DNA from: an uncultured Chloroflexia bacterium
GTDB taxonomy: Bacteria > Chloroflexota > Limnocylindria > Limnocylindrales > CSP1-4
DNA length: 64,000 nt
Direction of reading: 5' to 3'
Assembly: GCA_963831745.1 (NCBI GenBank)
Contig: CAWHRD010000001.1
Span: 134,293-198,292, forward strand
In this document: positions 63,609 to 64,000 of the stretch, piece by piece
How the letters are laid out: every line of letters begins with the position of its first letter
How positions within the stretch are numbered: position 1 is the stretch's first letter
The notes under the pieces: model-generated
Databases searched by the model: none
What the model was told of the DNA's origin: nothing
What the model saw: only the letters and a program-made list of their open reading frames with translations
Program-made: the position numbers and the translations under genes

Positions 63609-63752
63609 CGGACCTCGGTCGTGGGGAGGGGGATCGGATGGGCCACGGGGCCGCGGAGCTGCAGCCAGTATAGCGACGCTGCTGCCGGCTCCCCCGTGAC
63701 GGGGCCAGGAGCCCGGTCCGTGGCGCAGGGATGCCGGGCGCCGCGCGTCGGC

Positions 63753-64000
63753 TCAGGGCGCCGGCGTCCCCCGCCCGGCCGGCACCGACCCCTCCGCCAC
63801 GCTCGGAAGGTCGGGCCGGCGCCGCGCGATGACGATCCCGGTGAAGGGGATGCGGTACTCGGCGAAGGCCTCGACGCTCACGAGGAATCCGGCGAACAGG
63901 AACACGACGGCCAGGAGCTTGCCGGCCTCGAAGAAGCCCGTGACCCCGAAGCGCAGGAGCGTGTCGCCCGACGAGGCCATGAAGGCCCCGGCGGCGATGA
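63753..64000 (-). CDS. Hypothetical membrane protein, possibly 5'-truncated by the window edge
   Basis: The frame is open to the window end. There is an ATG at 63980, a hydrophobic segment 'LLAVVFLFAGFLV', and high third-position GC. Confidence 0.4.
   Translation of the reverse strand, partial: IAAGAFMASSGDTLLRFGVTGFFEAGKLLAVVFLFAGFLVSVEAFAEYRIPFTGIVIARRRPDLPSVAEGSVPAGRGTPAP

Noticed and set aside
1-64000. A prophage, integrative element or genomic island somewhere in the window
   Set aside because: No integrase, transposase, recombinase, phage structural gene or tRNA attachment site was seen. Composition is uniformly GC-rich apart from short spacers.

Overview
This is a 64-kb chromosomal window from a very GC-rich bacterium (about 70% or more by eye, not computed). 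Several traits point to a Gram-positive type such as Actinomycetota or Chloroflexota, but the taxon cannot be fixed from this window. These traits are a PASTA Ser/Thr kinase, a GTP-dependent PEP carboxykinase, frequent GTG/TTG starts, and 4-nt GTGA/ATGA stop-start overlaps.

I call about 55 protein genes. I found no rRNA, tRNA, CRISPR array, integrase or transposase. All calls come from reading the six-frame translations, motifs and the DNA by eye; no database search or folding program was run.

Gene content, left to right:
- A purine/selenium-type molybdenum-hydroxylase supercluster: a partial XDH large subunit, ssnA and ygfK, then a divergent second XDH set with a fused FeS/FAD subunit.
- pckG.
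- A long minus-strand run of membrane, ion and stress genes: SulP, a Na+/H+ antiporter, DUF2252, DUF389, a radical-SAM sulfatase-maturase-like enzyme, a 4-TM protein, SHOCT, a DUF6325-like protein and LURP-one.
- A large LuxR/MalT-type regulator.
- A K+ channel translationally coupled to a NUDIX hydrolase.
- An orphan ABC permease pair.
- Ferritin.
- A YciI plus ECF sigma factor pair.
- Split NHEJ genes (LigD polymerase domain and an ATP-dependent ligase).
- A DesKR-like two-component system with an ABC-2 exporter.
- Malic enzyme, a universal stress protein (Usp) and ribosomal protein L25.
- An OmpR-type two-component system with HtrA.
- folB-folP-folC.
- An Ig-like surface protein, a PASTA kinase and galU.

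The most unusual observations, none of them proven:
1. A single ORF fuses a GT-C (GT39/ArnT-like) glycosyltransferase-type polytopic domain to a MalF-type ABC permease. It sits next to a MalG-type partner, with no binding protein or ATPase nearby.
2. Perfect tandem minisatellites (25 bp x3, 35 bp x7.4, 80 bp x3.1) lie at or just past the stop codons of genes. Each unit carries a GC palindrome.
3. A 173-bp lower-GC element bounded by inverted repeats lies in a 498-bp convergent spacer. It could be a structured sRNA or a MITE.
4. A conserved-looking cluster of small stress/membrane genes (LURP-one, DUF6325-like, SHOCT, 4-TM) has an operator-like inverted repeat upstream.

I see no clear canonical defence island or biosynthetic gene cluster.
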